DNA from: Eledone cirrhosa
Taxonomy: Eukaryota
Length of the DNA stretch: 64,000 nucleotides
Direction of reading: 5' to 3'
NCBI GenBank assembly: GCA_964016885.1
Contig: OZ024752.1
Span: 33,790,001 to 33,854,000 of the forward strand
Positions 36,024 to 52,000 of the stretch are shown piece by piece. How positions within the stretch are numbered: the stretch's first letter is position 1; each line of letters begins with the position of its first letter. Below the pieces are notes generated by a model that saw nothing but the letters and a program-made list of their open reading frames with translations, searched no databases and was not told the origin of the DNA. The translations under genes were made by a program, and so were the position numbers.

Positions 36024-37036
36024 CTATTGTATTTTTGTGGTAAAGGCTTTATCTCACATAATATCAATTCTATGAGATTTTGATATTTATTTTGAGAACA
36101 ATACGTTAACATCAGTATGAGTGGCCAGTTATGGCCAGTTTGAACAGAAAGTGGTTAGAGAATTCTGGCTGGACACAACTGGTTTAAATGATAAAGTGTT
36201 AAATTTAGCGCTGGACTTACCTAACAGCTAAATTAGCTTTAGCTTAGAGCTACACACACTAAGAGGGCTCAATTTTTAAAAACATGTTTTTATTTTATCA
36301 ATTAATTAGTTAAAGAAATATTTTGTAACTAATTTAATTTTGTAATCATTTAATAAATAATCATCATCATTTTTTACGTCCGCTTTTCCCTGCTTGCAAG
36401 GGTGGAACAGGAACTGATTCTGGCTTGATTTCTACAGCTTGATGCCCTTCCTAACACCAACCTCATTTACAGTGAGTGCTGGGTGCTTTTTTGTCGTGGC
36501 ACCTCCACGACCACTTTGCAGTTGAATGATATAGACCCCAGTCCCTATCATCTCATTTCTACAGCTGAGTAAACTGGAGCAATGTGAAATAAAGTGTCTT
36601 GCTCAAGGAAACAACACATCACCCGGTCTGAGAATTGAACTCACAACCTTTCGATTGCAAGGCCAATGCTCAAACCACTAAGCCATGTGCCTCCCTGTAT
36701 AATAATCATATATAATCATTAACTTTTTTTTTTACTCAATACTTATCTGAGAAGGGCCTCAAATTTCATACAGGTTGGGTGCCTTAGCGTGTGAAAGCCT
36801 GGATTTGCATATATATCCTGCTGAATCTGTGTGATTGTGCTTATTCTAGTGTAAGTGTGTATATGTGTATGAGTAGCCGAAACGAGTGAATAAGATTTGG
36901 TTGTCTATGGGATTAGCTTGACCTCTATCTAAAAATATTGATATACAAAATCTTCGTAAATAGATTAATTAAAAAACTTTTAAAGAACATGTCTTTAAAC
37001 AAGTTCCTGTGTGTGTGCCAAATCCTGCTAGATACA

Positions 37037-40000
37037 TTAACCCTTTCATTACTGTATGTCTAATGAAAGGCACAATCTATGTGTTTAACCCCTTCATTAC
37101 TGTATGTCTAATGAAAGGCACTATCTATGTGTTTAACCCTTTCATTACTGTATGTCTAATGAAAGACACAGTCTATGTGTTTAACCCTTTCATTACTGTA
37201 TCTCTAATGAAAGACACTGTCTATGTGTTTAACCCTTTCATTACTGTATGTCTAATGAAAGACACTGTCTATGTGTTTAACCCTTTCATTACTGTATGTC
37301 TAATGAAAGCCCTTTCATTACTGTATTTCTAATGAAAGACACTGTCTATGTGTTTAATCCTTTCATTACTGTATGTCTAATGAAAGACACTGTCTGTGTT
37401 TAACCCTTTCATTAATGTATGTCTAATGAAAGACACTGTCTATGTGTTTAATCCTTTAATTACTGTATGTCTAATGAAAGACACTGTTTATGTGTTTAAT
37501 CCTTTCATTACTGTATGTCTAATGAAAGACACTGTTTATGTGTTTAATCCTTTCATTACTGTATGTCTAATAAAAGGGACTGTATATGTGTTTAACCCTT
37601 TCATTACTGTATCTCTAATGAAAGACACTGTCTATGTGTTTAACCCTTTCATTACTGTATGTCTAATGAAAGACACTGTCTATGTGTTTAACCCTTTCAT
37701 TACTGTATGTCTAATGAAAGCCCTTTCATTACTGTATTTCTAATGAAAGACACTGTCTATGTGTTTAATCCTTTCATTACTGTATGTCTAATGAAAGACA
37801 CTGTCTATGTGTTTAATCCTTTCATTGCCGTATGTCTATTGAAAGACACTGTCTATGTTGAATCCTTTCATTACTGTATGTCTAATGAAAGACACTGTTT
37901 ATGTGTTTAATCCTTGCATTACTGTATGTCTAATAAAAGACACTGTTTATGTGTTTAACCCTTTCATTACTGTATGTCTAATGAAAGACACTGTCTATGT
38001 GTTTAACCATTTCATTTTACTGTATGTCTAATGAAAGACACTGTCTATGTATTTAATCCTTTCATTACTGTATGTCTAATGAAAGACACTGTCTATGTCT
38101 TTAACCCTTTCATTACTGTATGTCTAATGAAAGACACTGTCTGTGTTTAACCCTTTCATTACTGTATGTCTAATGAAAGACATTGTCTGTGTGTTTAACC
38201 CTTTCATTACTGTATGTCTAATGAAAGACACTGTCTATGTGTTTAATCCTTTTATTACTGTATGTCTAATGAAAGACACTGTTTATGTGTTTAATCCTTT
38301 CATTACTGTATGTCTAATGGAAGACACTGTTTATGTGTTTAATCCTTTCATTACTGTATGTCTAATAAAAGGGACTGTCTATGTGTTTAACCCTTTCATT
38401 ACTGTATCTCTAATGAAAGACACTGTCTATGTGTTTAACCCTTTCATTACTGTATGTCTAATGAAAGACACTGTCTATGTGTTTAACCCTTTCATTACTG
38501 TATGTCTAATGAAAGACACTGTCCATGTCTTTAACCCTTTCATTACTGTATGTCTAATGAAAGACACTGTCTGTGTTTAACCCTTTCATTACTGTATGTC
38601 TAATGAAAGACACAGTCTATGTGTTTAATCCTTTCATTACTGTATGTCTAATGAAAGACACAGTCTATGTGTTTAATCCTTTCATTACTGTATGTCTAAT
38701 GAAAGACACAGTCTATGTGTTTAACCCTTTCATTACTGTATGTCTAATGAAAGACACTGTCTGTGTGTTTAACCCTTTCATTACTGTATGTCTAATGAAA
38801 GACACAGTCTATGTGTTTAATCCTTTCATTACTGTATGTCTAATAAAAGACACAGTCTATGTGTTTAACCCTTTCATTACTGTATGTCTAATGAAAGACA
38901 CAGTCTATGTGTTTAACCCTTTCATTACTGTATGTCTAATGAAAGACACAGTCTATGTGTTTAACCCTTTCATTACTGTATGTCTAATGAAAGACACTGT
39001 CTATGTGTTTAACCCTTTCATTACTTTATGTCTAATGAAAGCCCTTTCATTACTGTATTTCTAATGAAAGACACTGTCTATGTGTTTAATCCTTTCATTA
39101 CTGTATGTCTAATGAAAGACACTGTCTATGTGTTTAATCCTTTCAATGCTGTATGTCTAATGAAAGACACTGTCTATGTGTTTAACCCTTTCATTACTGT
39201 ATGTCTATTGAAAGACACTGTCTATGTTGAATCCTTTCATTACTGTATGTCTAATGAAAGACACTGTTTATGTGTTTAATCCTTTCATTACTGTATGTCT
39301 AATGAAAGACACTGTTTATGTGTTTAACCCTTTCATTACTGTATGTCTAATGAAAGACACTGTCTATGTGTTTAACCCTTTCATTACTGTATGTCTAATG
39401 AAAGACACTGTCTATGTATTTAATCCTTTCATTACTGTATGTCTAATGAAAGACACTGTCTATGTCTTTAACCCTTTCATTACTGTATGTCTAATGAAAG
39501 ACACTGTCTGTGTTTAAACCTTTCATTACTGTATGTCTAATGAAAGACATTGTCTGTGTGTTTAACCCTTTCATTACTGTATGTCTAATGAAAGACACTG
39601 TCTATGTGTTTAATCCTTTCATTACTGTATGTCTAATGAAAGACACTGTTTATTTGTTTAATCCTTTCATTACTGTATGTCTAATGAAAGACACTGTTTA
39701 TGTGTTTAATCCTTTCATTACTGTATGTCTAATAAAAGGGACTGTCTATGTGTTTAACCCTTTCATTACTGTATGTCTAATGAAAGACACTGTCTATGTG
39801 TTTAACCCTTTCATTACTGTATGTCTAATGAAAGACACTGTCTATGTATTTAATCCTTTCATTACTGTATGTCTAATGAAAGACACTGTCTATGTCTTTA
39901 ACCCTTTCATTACTGTATGTCTAATGAAAGACACTGTCTATGTCTTTAACCCTTTCATTACTGTATGTCTAATGAAAGACACTGTCTGTGTTTAACCCTT

Positions 40001-43000
40001 TCATTACTGTATGTCTAATGAAAGACACAGTCTATGTGTTTAATCCTTTCATTACTGTATGTCTAATGAAAGACACAGTCTATGTGTTTAATCCTTTCAT
40101 TACTGTATGTCTAATGAAAGACACTGTCTATGTCTTTAACCCTTTCATTACTGTATGTCTAACGAAAGACACTGTCTGTGTTTAACCCTTTCATTACTGT
40201 ATGTCTAATGAAAGACACTGTCTATGTGTTTAACCCTTTCATTACTGTATGTCTAATGAAAGACACTGTCTATGTATTTAATCCTTTCATTACTGTATGT
40301 CTAATGAAAGACACTGTCTATGTCTTTAACCCTTTCATTACTGTATGTCTAATGAAAGACACTGTCTGTGTTTAACCCTTTCATTACTGTATGTCTAATG
40401 AAAGACACAGTCTATGTGTTTAACCCTTTCATTACTGTATGTCTAATGAAAGACACTGTCTATGTGTTTAACCCTTTCATTACTGTATTTCTAATGAAAG
40501 ACACTGTCTATGTGTTTAACCCTTTCATTACAGTATATCTAATGAAAGACACTGTCTATGTGTTTAACCCTTTCATTACTGTATGTCTATTGAAAGACAC
40601 TGTCTATGTTGAATCCTTTCATTACTGTATGTCTAATGAAAGACACTGTTTATGTGTTTAATCCTTTCATTACTGTATGTCTAATAAAAGGGACTGTCTA
40701 TGTGTTTAACCCTTTCATTACTGTATGTCTAATGAAAGACACTGTCTATGTGTTTAATCCTTTCATTACTGTATGTCTAATGAAAGACACTGTCTATGTC
40801 TTTAACCCTTTCATTACTGTATGTCTAATGAAAGACACTGTCTGTGTTTAACCCTTTCATTACTGTATGTCTAATGAAAGACAGTCTATGTGTTTAATCC
40901 TTTCATTACTGTATGTCTAATGAAAGACACAGTCTATGTGTTTAATCCTTTCATTACTGTATGTCTAATGAAAGACACAGTCTATGTGTTTAACCCTTTC
41001 ATTACTGTATGTCTAATGAAAGACACTGTCTGTGTGTTTAACCCTTTCATTACTGTATGTCTAATGAAAGACAAAGTCTATGTGTTTAATCCTTTCATTA
41101 CTGTATGTCTAATAAAAGACACAGTCTATGTGTTTAACCCTTTCATTACTGTATGTCTAATGAAAGACACAGTCTATGTGTTTAACCCTTTCATTACTGT
41201 ATGTCTAATGAAAGACACAGTCTATGTGTTTAATCCTTTCATTACTGTATGTCTACTGTAAGACACTGTCTATGTGTTTAACCCTTTCATTACTGTATGT
41301 CTAATGAAAGACACTGTCTATGTGTTTAACCCCTTCATTACTGTATGTCTAATGAAAGCCCTTTCATTACTGTATTTCTAATGAAAGACACTGTCTATGT
41401 GTTTAATCCTTTCATTGCTGTATGTCTAATGAAATACACTGTCTATGTTGAATCCTTTCATTACTGTACATCTAATGAAAGACACTGTATATGTGTTTAA
41501 TCCTTTCATTACTGTATGTCTAATGAAAGACACTGTTTATGTGTTTAATCCTTTCATTACTGTATGTCTAATAAAAGACACTGTCTATGTCTTTAACCCT
41601 TTCATTACTGTATGTCTAATGAAAGACACTGTCTATGTATTTAATCCTTTCATTACTGTATGTCTAATGAAAGACACTGTCTATGTCTTTAACCCTTTCA
41701 TTACTGTATGTCTAATGAAAGACACTGTCTGTGTTTAACCCTTTCATTACTGTATGTCTAATGAAAGACATTGTCTGTGTGTTTAACCCTTTCATTACTG
41801 TATGTCTAATGAAAGACACTGTCTATGTGTTTAATCCTTTTATTACTGTATGTCTAATGAAAGACACTGTTTATGTGTTTAATCCTTTCATTACTGTATG
41901 TCTAATGAAAGACACTGTTTATGTGTTTAATCCTTTCATTACTGTATGTCTAATGGAAGACACTGTCTATGTGTTTAACCCTTTCATTACTGTATCTCTA
42001 ATGAAAGACACTGTCTATGTGTTTAACCCTTTCATTACTGTATGTCTAATGAAAGACACTGTCTATGTGTTTAACCCTTTCATTACTGTATGTCTAATGA
42101 AAGACACTGTCCATGTCTTTAACCCTTTCATTACTGTATGTCTAATGAAAGACACTGTCTGTGTTTAACCCTTTCATTACTGTATGTCTAATGAAAGACA
42201 CAGTCTATGTGTTTAATCCTTTCATTACTGTATGTCTAATGAAAGACACAGTCTATGTGTTTAATCCTTTCATTACTGTATGTCTAATGAAAGACACAGT
42301 CTATGTGTTTAACCCTTTCATTACTGTATGTCTAATGAAAGACACTGTCTGTGTGTTTAACCCTTTCATTACTGTATGTCTAATGAAAGACACAGTCTAT
42401 GTGTTTAATCCTTTCATTACTGTATGTCTAATAAAAGACACAGTCTATGTGTTTAACCCTTTCATTACTGTATGTCTAATGAAAGACACAGTCTATGTGT
42501 TTAACCCTTTCATTACTGTATGTCTAATGAAAGACACAGTCTATGTGTTTAACCCTTTCATTACTGTATGTCTAATGAAAGACACTGTCTATGTGTTTAA
42601 CCCTTTCATTACTTTATGTCTAATGAAAGCCCTTTCATTACTGTATTTCTAATGAAAGACACTGTCTATGTGTTTAATCCTTTCATTACTGTATGTCTAA
42701 TGAAAGACACTGTCTATGTGTTTAATCCTTTCAATGCTGTATGTCTAATGAAAGACACTGTCTATGTGTTTAACCCTTTCATTACTGTATGTCTATTGAA
42801 AGACACTGTCTATGTTGAATCCTTTCATTACTGTATGTCTAATGAAAGACACTGTTTATGTGTTTAATCCTTTCATTACTGTATGTCTAATGAAAGACAC
42901 TGTTTATGTGTTTAATCCTTTCATTACTGTATGTCTAATAAAAGGGACTGTCTATGTGTTTAACCCTTTCATTACTGTATGTCTAATGAAAGACACTGTC

Positions 43001-46000
43001 TATGTGTTTAACCCTTTCATTACTGTATGTCTAATGAAAGACACTGTCTATGTATTTAATCCTTTCATTACTGTATGTCTAATGAAAGACACTGTCTATG
43101 TCTTTAACCCTTTCATTACTGTATGTCTAATGAAAGACACTGTCTGTGTTTAAACCTTTCATTACTGTATGTCTAATGAAAGACATTGTCTGTGTGTTTA
43201 ACCCTTTCATTACTGTATGTCTAATGAAAGACACTGTCTATGTGTTTAATCCTTTCATTACTGTATGTCTAATGAAAGACACTGTTTATTTGTTTAATCC
43301 TTTCATTACTGTATGTCTAATGAAAGACACTGTTTATGTGTTTAATCCTTTCATTACTGTATGTCTAATAAAAGGGACTGTCTATGTGTTTAACCCTTTC
43401 ATTACTGTATGTCTAATGAAAGACACTGTCTATGTGTTTCACCCTTTCATTACTGTATGTCTAATGAAAGACACTGTCTATGTATTTAATCCTTTCATTA
43501 CTGTATGTCTAATGAAAGACACTGTCTATGTCTTTAACCCTTTCATTACTGTATGTCTAATGAAAGACACTGTCTATGTCTTTAACCCTTTCATTACTGT
43601 ATGTCTAATGAAAGACACTGTCTGTGTTTAACCCTTTCATTACTGTATGTCTAATGAAAGACACAGTCTATGTGTTTAATCCTTTCATTACTGTATGTCT
43701 AATGAAAGACACAGTCTATGTGTTTAATCCTTTCATTACTGTATGTCTAATGAAAGACACTGTCTATGTCTTTAACCCTTTCATTACTGTATGTCTAACG
43801 AAAGACACTGTCTGTGTTTAACCCTTTCATTACTGTATGTCTAATGAAAGACACTGTCTATGTGTTTAACCCTTTCATTACTGTATGTCTAATGAAAGAC
43901 ACTGTCTATGTATTTAATCCTTTCATTACTGTATGTCTAATGAAAGACACTGTCTATGTCTTTAACCCTTTCATTACTGTATGTCTAATGAAAGACACTG
44001 TCTGTGTTTAACCCTTTCATTACTGTATGTCTAATGAAAGACACAGTCTATGTGTTTAACCCTTTCATTACTGTATGTCTAATGAAAGACACTGTCTATG
44101 TGTTTAACCCTTTCATTACTGTATTTCTAATGAAAGACACTGTCTATGTGTTTAACCCTTTCATTACAGTATATCTAATGAAAGACACTGTCTATGTGTT
44201 TAACCCTTTCATTACTGTATGTCTATTGAAAGACACTGTCTATGTTGAATCCTTTCATTACTGTATGTCTAATGAAAGACACTGTTTATGTGTTTAATCC
44301 TTTCATTACTGTATGTCTAATAAAAGGGACTGTCTATGTGTTTAACCCTTTCATTACTGTATGTCTAATGAAAGACACTGTCTATGTGTTTAATCCTTTC
44401 ATTACTGTATGTCTAATGAAAGACACTGTCTATGTCTTTAACCCTTTCATTACTGTATGTCTAATGAAAGACACTGTCTGTGTTTAACCCTTTCATTACT
44501 GTATGTCTAATGAAAGACAGTCTATGTGTTTAATCCTTTCATTACTGTATGTCTAATGAAAGACACAGTCTATGTGTTTAATCCTTTCATTACTGTATGT
44601 CTAATGAAAGACACAGTCTATGTGTTTAACCCTTTCATTACTGTATGTCTAATGAAAGACACTGTCTGTGTGTTTAACCCTTTCATTACTGTATGTCTAA
44701 TGAAAGACAAAGTCTATGTGTTTAATCCTTTCATTACTGTATGTCTAATAAAAGACACAGTCTATGTGTTTAACCCTTTCATTACTGTATGTCTAATGAA
44801 AGACACAGTCTATGTGTTTAACCCTTTCATTACTGTATGTCTAATGAAAGACACAGTCTATGTGTTTAATCCTTTCATTACTGTATGTCTACTGTAAGAC
44901 ACTGTCTATGTGTTTAACCCTTTCATTACTGTATGTCTAATGAAAGACACTGTCTATGTGTTTAACCCTTTCATTACTGTATGTCTAATGAAAGCCCTTT
45001 CATTACTGTATTTCTAATGAAAGACACTGTCTATGTGTTTAATCCTTTCATTGCTGTATGTCTAATGAAATACACTGTCTATGTTGAATCCTTTCATTAC
45101 TGTACATCTAATGAAAGACACTGTATATGTGTTTAATCCTTTCATTACTGTATGTCTAATGAAAGACACTGTTTATGTGTTTAATCCTTTCATTACTGTA
45201 TGTCTAATAAAAGACACTGTCTATGTCTTTAACCCTTTCATTACTGTATGTCTAATGAAAGACACTGTCTATGTATTTAATCCTTTCATTACTGTATGTC
45301 TAATGAAAGACACTGTCTATGTCTTTAACCCTTTCATTACTGTATGTCTAATGAAAGACACTGTCTGTGTTTAACCCTTTCATTACTGTATGTCTAATGA
45401 AAGACATTGTCTGTGTGTTTAACCCTTTCATTACTGTATGTCTAATGAAAGACACTGTCTATGTGTTTAATCCTTTCATTACTGTATGTCTAATGAAAGA
45501 AACTGTTTATTTGTTTAATCCTTTCATTACTGTATGTCAAATGAAAGACACTGTTTATGTTTTTAATCCTTTCATTACTGTATGTCTAATAAAAGGGACT
45601 GTCTATGTGTTTAACCCTTTCATTACTGTATGTCTAATGAAAGACACTGTCTATGTGTTTAACCCTTTCATTACTGTATGTCTAATGAAAGACACTGTCT
45701 ATGTATTTAATCCTTTCAATACTGTATGTCTAATGAAAGACACTGTCTATGTCTTTAACCCTTTCATTACTGTATGTCTAATGAAAGACACTGTCTGTGT
45801 TTAACCCTTTCATTACTGTATGTCTAATGAAAGACACAGTCTATGTGTTTAATCCTTTCATTACTGTATGTCTAATGAAAGACACAGTCTATGTATTTAA
45901 TCCTTTCATTACTGTATGTCTAATGAAAGACACTGTCTGTGTTTAACCCTTTCATTACTGTATGTCTAATGAAAGACACTGTCTATGTGTTTAACCCTTT

Positions 46001-49000
46001 CATTACTGTATTTCTAATGAAAGACACTGTCTATGTGTTTAACCCTTTCATTACTGTATATCTAATGAAAGACACTGTCTATGTGTTTAACCCTTTCATT
46101 ACTGTATGTCTATTGAAAGACACTGTCTATGTTGAATCCTTTCATTACTGTATGTCTAATGAAAGACACTGTTTATGTGTTTAATCCTTTCATTACTGTA
46201 TGTCTAATAAAAGGGACTGTATATGTGTTTAACCCTTTCATTACTGTATCTCTAATGAAAGACACTGTCTATGTGTTTAACCCTTTCATTACTGTATGTC
46301 TAATGAAAGACACTGTCTATGTGTTTAACCCTTTCATTACTGTATGTCTAATGAAAGCCCTTTCTTTACTGTATTTCTAATGAAAGACACTGTCTATGTG
46401 TTTAATCCTTTCATTACTGTATGTCTAATGAAAGACACTGTCTATGTGTTTAATCCTTTCATTAACGTATGTCTATTGAAAGACACTGTCTATGTTGAAT
46501 CCTTTCATTACTGTATGTCTAATGAAAGACACTGTTTATGTGTTTAATCCTTGCATTACTGTATGTCTAATAAAAGACACTGTTTATGTGTTTAACCCTT
46601 TCATTACTGTATGTCTAATGAAAGACACTGTCTATGTGTTTAACCATTTCATTTTACTGTATGTCTAATGAAAGACACTGTCTATGTATTTAATCCTTTC
46701 ATTACTGTATGTCTAATGAAAGACACTGTCTATGTCTTTAACCCTTTCATTACTGTATGTCTAATGAAAGACACTGTCTGTGTTTAACCCTTTCATTACT
46801 GTATGTCTAATGAAAGACATTGTCTGTGTGTTTAACCCTTTCATTACTGTATGTCTAATGAAAGACACTGTCTATGTGTTTAATCCTTTTATTACTGTAT
46901 GTCTAATGAAAGACACTGTTTATGTGTTTAATCCTTTCATTACTGTATGTCTAATGGAAGACACTGTTTATGTGTTTAATCCTTTCATTACTGTATGTCT
47001 AATAAAAGGGACTGTCTATGTGTTTAACCCTTTCATTACTGTATCTCTAATGAAAGACACTGTCTATGTGTTTAACCCTTTCATTACTGTATGTCTAATG
47101 AAAGACACTGTCTATGTGTTTAACCCTTTCATTACTGTATGTCTAATGAAAGACACTGTCCATGTCTTTAACCCTTTCATTACTGTATGTCTAATGAAAG
47201 ACACTGTCTGTGTTTAACCCTTTCATTACTGTATGTCTAATGAAAGACACAGTCTATGTGTTTAATCCTTTCATTACTGTATGTCTAATGAAAGACACAG
47301 TCTATGTGTTTAATCCTTTCATTACTGTATGTCTAATGAAAGACACAGTCTATGTGTTTAACCCTTTCATTACTGTATGTCTAATGAAAGACACTGTCTG
47401 TGTGTTTAACCCTTTCATTACTGTATGTCTAATGAAAGACACAGTCTATGTGTTTAATCCTTTCATTACTGTATGTCTAATAAAAGACACAGTCTATGTG
47501 TTTAACCCTTTCATTACTGTATGTCTAATGAAAGACACAGTCTATGTGTTTAACCCTTTCATTACTGTATGTCTAATGAAAGACACAGTCTATGTGTTTA
47601 ACCCTTTCATTACTGTATGTCTAATGAAAGACACTGTCTATGTGTTTAACCCTTTCATTACTTTATGTCTAATGAAAGCCCTTTCATTACTGTATTTCTA
47701 ATGAAAGACACTGTCTATGTGTTTAATCCTTTCATTACTGTATGTCTAATGAAAGACACTGTCTATGTGTTTAATCCTTTCAATGCTGTATGTCTAATGA
47801 AAGACACTGTCTATGTGTTTAACCCTTTCATTACTGTATGTCTATTGAAAGACACTGTCTATGTTGAATCCTTTCATTACTGTATGTCTAATGAAAGACA
47901 CTGTTTATGTGTTTAATCCTTTCATTACTGTATGTCTAATGAAAGACACTGTTTATGTGTTTAATCCTTTCATTACTGTATGTCTAATAAAAGGGACTGT
48001 CTATGTGTTTAACCCTTTCATTACTGTATGTCTAATGAAAGACACTGTCTATGTGTTTAACCCTTTCATTACTGTATGTCTAATGAAAGACACTGTCTAT
48101 GTATTTAATCCTTTCATTACTGTATGTCTAATGAAAGACACTGTCTATGTCTTTAACCCTTTCATTACTGTATGTCTAATGAAAGACACTGTCTGTGTTT
48201 AACCCTTTCATTACTGTATGTCTAATGAAAGACATTGTCTGTGTGTTTAACCCTTTCATTACTGTATGTCTAATGAAAGACACTGTCTATGTGTTTAATC
48301 CTTTCATTACTGTATGTCTAATGAAAGACACTGTTTATTTGTTTAATCCTTTCATTACTGTATGTCTAATGAAAGACACTGTTTATGTGTTTAATCCTTT
48401 CATTACTGTATGTCTAATAAAAGGGACTGTCTATGTGTTTAACCCTTTCATTACTGTATGTCTAATGAAAGACACTGTCTATGTGTTTAACCCTTTCATT
48501 ACTGTATGTCTAATGAAAGACACTGTCTATGTATTTAATCCTTTCATTACTGTATGTCTAATGAAAGACACTGTCTATGTCTTTAACCCTTTCATTACTG
48601 TATGTCTAATGAAAGACACTGTCTATGTCTTTAACCCTTTCATTACTGTATGTCTAATGAAAGACACTGTATGTGTTTAACCCTTTCATTACTGTATGTC
48701 TAATGAAAGACACAGTCTATGTGTTTAATCCTTTCATTACTGTATGTCTAATGAAAGACACAGTCTATGTGTTTAATCCTTTCATTACTGTATGTCTAAT
48801 GAAAGACACTGTCTATGTCTTTAACCCTTTCATTACTGTATGTCTAACGAAAGACACTGTCTGTGTTTAACCCTTTCATTACTGTATGTCTAATGAAAGA
48901 CACTGTCTATGTGTTTAACCCTTTCATTACTGTATGTCTAATGAAAGACACTGTCTATGTATTTAATCCTTTCATTACTGTATGTCTAATGAAAGACACT

Positions 49001-52000
49001 GTCTATGTCTTTAACCCTTTCATTACTGTATGTCTAATGAAAGACACTGTCTGTGTTTAACCCTTTCATTACTGTATGTCTAATGAAAGACACAGTCTAT
49101 GTGTTTAACCCTTTCATTACTGTATGTCTAATGAAAGACACTGTCTATGTGTTTAACCCTTTCATTACTGTATTTCTAATGAAAGACACTGTCTATGTGT
49201 TTAACCCTTTCATTACAGTATATCTAATGAAAGACACTGTCTATGTGTTTAACCCTTTCATTACTGTATGTCTATTGAAAGACACTGTCTATGTTGAATC
49301 CTTTCATTACTGTATGTCTAATGAAAGACACTGTTTATGTGTTTAATCCTTTCATTACTGTATGTCTAATGAAAGACACTGTCTATGTGTTTAACCCTTT
49401 CATTACTGTATGTCTAATGAAAGCCCTTTCATTACTGTATGTCTAATGAAAGACACTGTCTATGTGTTTAATCCTTTCATTACTGTATGTCTAATGAAAG
49501 ACACTGTCTATGTGTTTAATCCTTTCATTGCCGTATGTCTATTGAAAGACACTGTCTATGTTGAATCCTTTCATTACTGTATGTCTAATGAAAGACACTG
49601 TTTATGTGTTTAATCCTTGCATTACTGTATGTCTAATAAAAGACACTGTTTATGTGTTTAACCCTTTCATTACTGTATGTCTAATGAAAGACACTGTCTA
49701 TGTGTTTAACCATTTCATTTTACTGTATGTCTAATGAAAGACACTGTCTATGTATTTAATCCTTTCATTACTGTATGTCTAATGAAAGACACTGTCTATG
49801 TCTTTAACCCTTTCATTACTGTATGTCTAATGAAAGACACTGTCTGTGTTTAACCCTTTCATTACTGTATGTCTAATGAAAGACATTGTCTGTGTGTTTA
49901 ACCCTTTCATTACTGTATGTCTAATGAAAGACACTGTCTATGTGTTTAATCCTTTTATTACTGTATGTCTAATGAAAGACACTGTTTATGTGTTTAATCC
50001 TTTCATTACTGTATGTCTAATGGAAGACACTGTTTATGTGTTTAATCCTTTCATTACTGTATGTCTAATAAAAGGGACTGTCTATGTGTTTAACCCTTTC
50101 ATTACTGTATCTCTAATGAAAGACACTGTCTATGTGTTTAACCCTTTCATTACTGTATGTCTAATGAAAGACACTGTCTATGTGTTTAACCCTTTCATTA
50201 CTGTATGTCTAATGAAAGACACTGTCCATGTCTTTAACCCTTTCATTACTGTATGTCTAATGAAAGACACTGTCTGTGTTTAACCCTTTCATTACTGTAT
50301 GTCTAATGAAAGACACAGTCTATGTGTTTAATCCTTTCATTACTGTATGTCTAATGAAAGACACAGTCTATGTGTTTAATCCTTTCATTACTGTATGTCT
50401 AATGAAAGACACAGTCTATGTGTTTAACCCTTTCATTACTGTATGTCTAATGAAAGACACTGTCTGTGTGTTTAACCCTTTCATTACTGTATGTCTAATG
50501 AAAGACACAGTCTATGTGTTTAATCCTTTCATTACTGTATGTCTAATAAAAGACACAGTCTATGTGTTTAACCCTTTCATTACTGTATGTCTAATGAAAG
50601 ACACAGTCTATGTGTTTAACCCTTTCATTACTGTATGTCTAATGAAAGACACAGTCTATGTGTTTAACCCTTTCATTACTGTATGTCTAATGAAAGACAC
50701 TGTCTATGTGTTTAACCCTTTCATTACTTTATGTCTAATGAAAGCCCTTTCATTACTGTATTTCTAATGAAAGACACTGTCTATGTGTTTAATCCTTTCA
50801 TTACTGTATGTCTAATGAAAGACACTGTCTATGTGTTTAATCCTTTCAATGCTGTATGTCTAATGAAAGACACTGTCTATGTGTTTAACCCTTTCATTAC
50901 TGTATGTCTATTGAAAGACACTGTCTATGTTGAATCCTTTCATTACTGTATGTCTAATGAAAGACACTGTTTATGTGTTTAATCCTTTCATTACTGTATG
51001 TCTAATGAAAGACACTGTTTATGTGTTTAATCCTTTCATTACTGTATGTCTAATAAAAGGGACTGTCTATGTGTTTAACCCTTTCATTACTGTATGTCTA
51101 ATGAAAGACACTGTCTATGTGTTTAACCCTTTCATTACTGTATGTCTAATGAAAGACACTGTCTATGTATTTAATCCTTTCATTACTGTATGTCTAATGA
51201 AAGACACTGTCTATGTCTTTAACCCTTTCATTACTGTATGTCTAATGAAAGACACTGTCTGTGTTTAACCCTTTCATTACTGTATGTCTAATGAAAGACA
51301 TTGTCTGTGTGTTTAACCCTTTCATTACTGTATGTCTAATGAAAGACACTGTCTATGTGTTTAATCCTTTCATTACTGTATGTCTAATGAAAGACACTGT
51401 TTATTTGTTTAATCCTTTCATTACTGTATGTCTAATGAAAGACACTGTTTATGTGTTTAATCCTTTCATTACTGTATGTCTAATAAAAGGGACTGTCTAT
51501 GTGTTTAACCCTTTCATTACTGTATGTCTAATGAAAGACACTGTCTATGTGTTTAACCCTTTCATTACTGTATGTCTAATGAAAGACACTGTCTATGTAT
51601 TTAATCCTTTCATTACTGTATGTCTAATGAAAGACACTGTCTATGTCTTTAACCCTTTCATTACTGTATGTCTAATGAAAGACACTGTCTATGTCTTTAA
51701 CCCTTTCATTACTGTATGTCTAATGAAAGACACTGTCTGTGTTTAACCCTTTCATTACTGTATGTCTAATGAAAGACACAGTCTATGTGTTTAATCCTTT
51801 CATTACTGTATGTCTAATGAAAGACACAGTCTATGTGTTTAATCCTTTCATTACTGTATGTCTAATGAAAGACACTGTCTATGTCTTTAACCCTTTCATT
51901 ACTGTATGTCTAACGAAAGACACTGTCTGTGTTTAACCCTTTCATTACTGTATGTCTAATGAAAGACACTGTCTATGTGTTTAACCCTTTCATTACTGTA

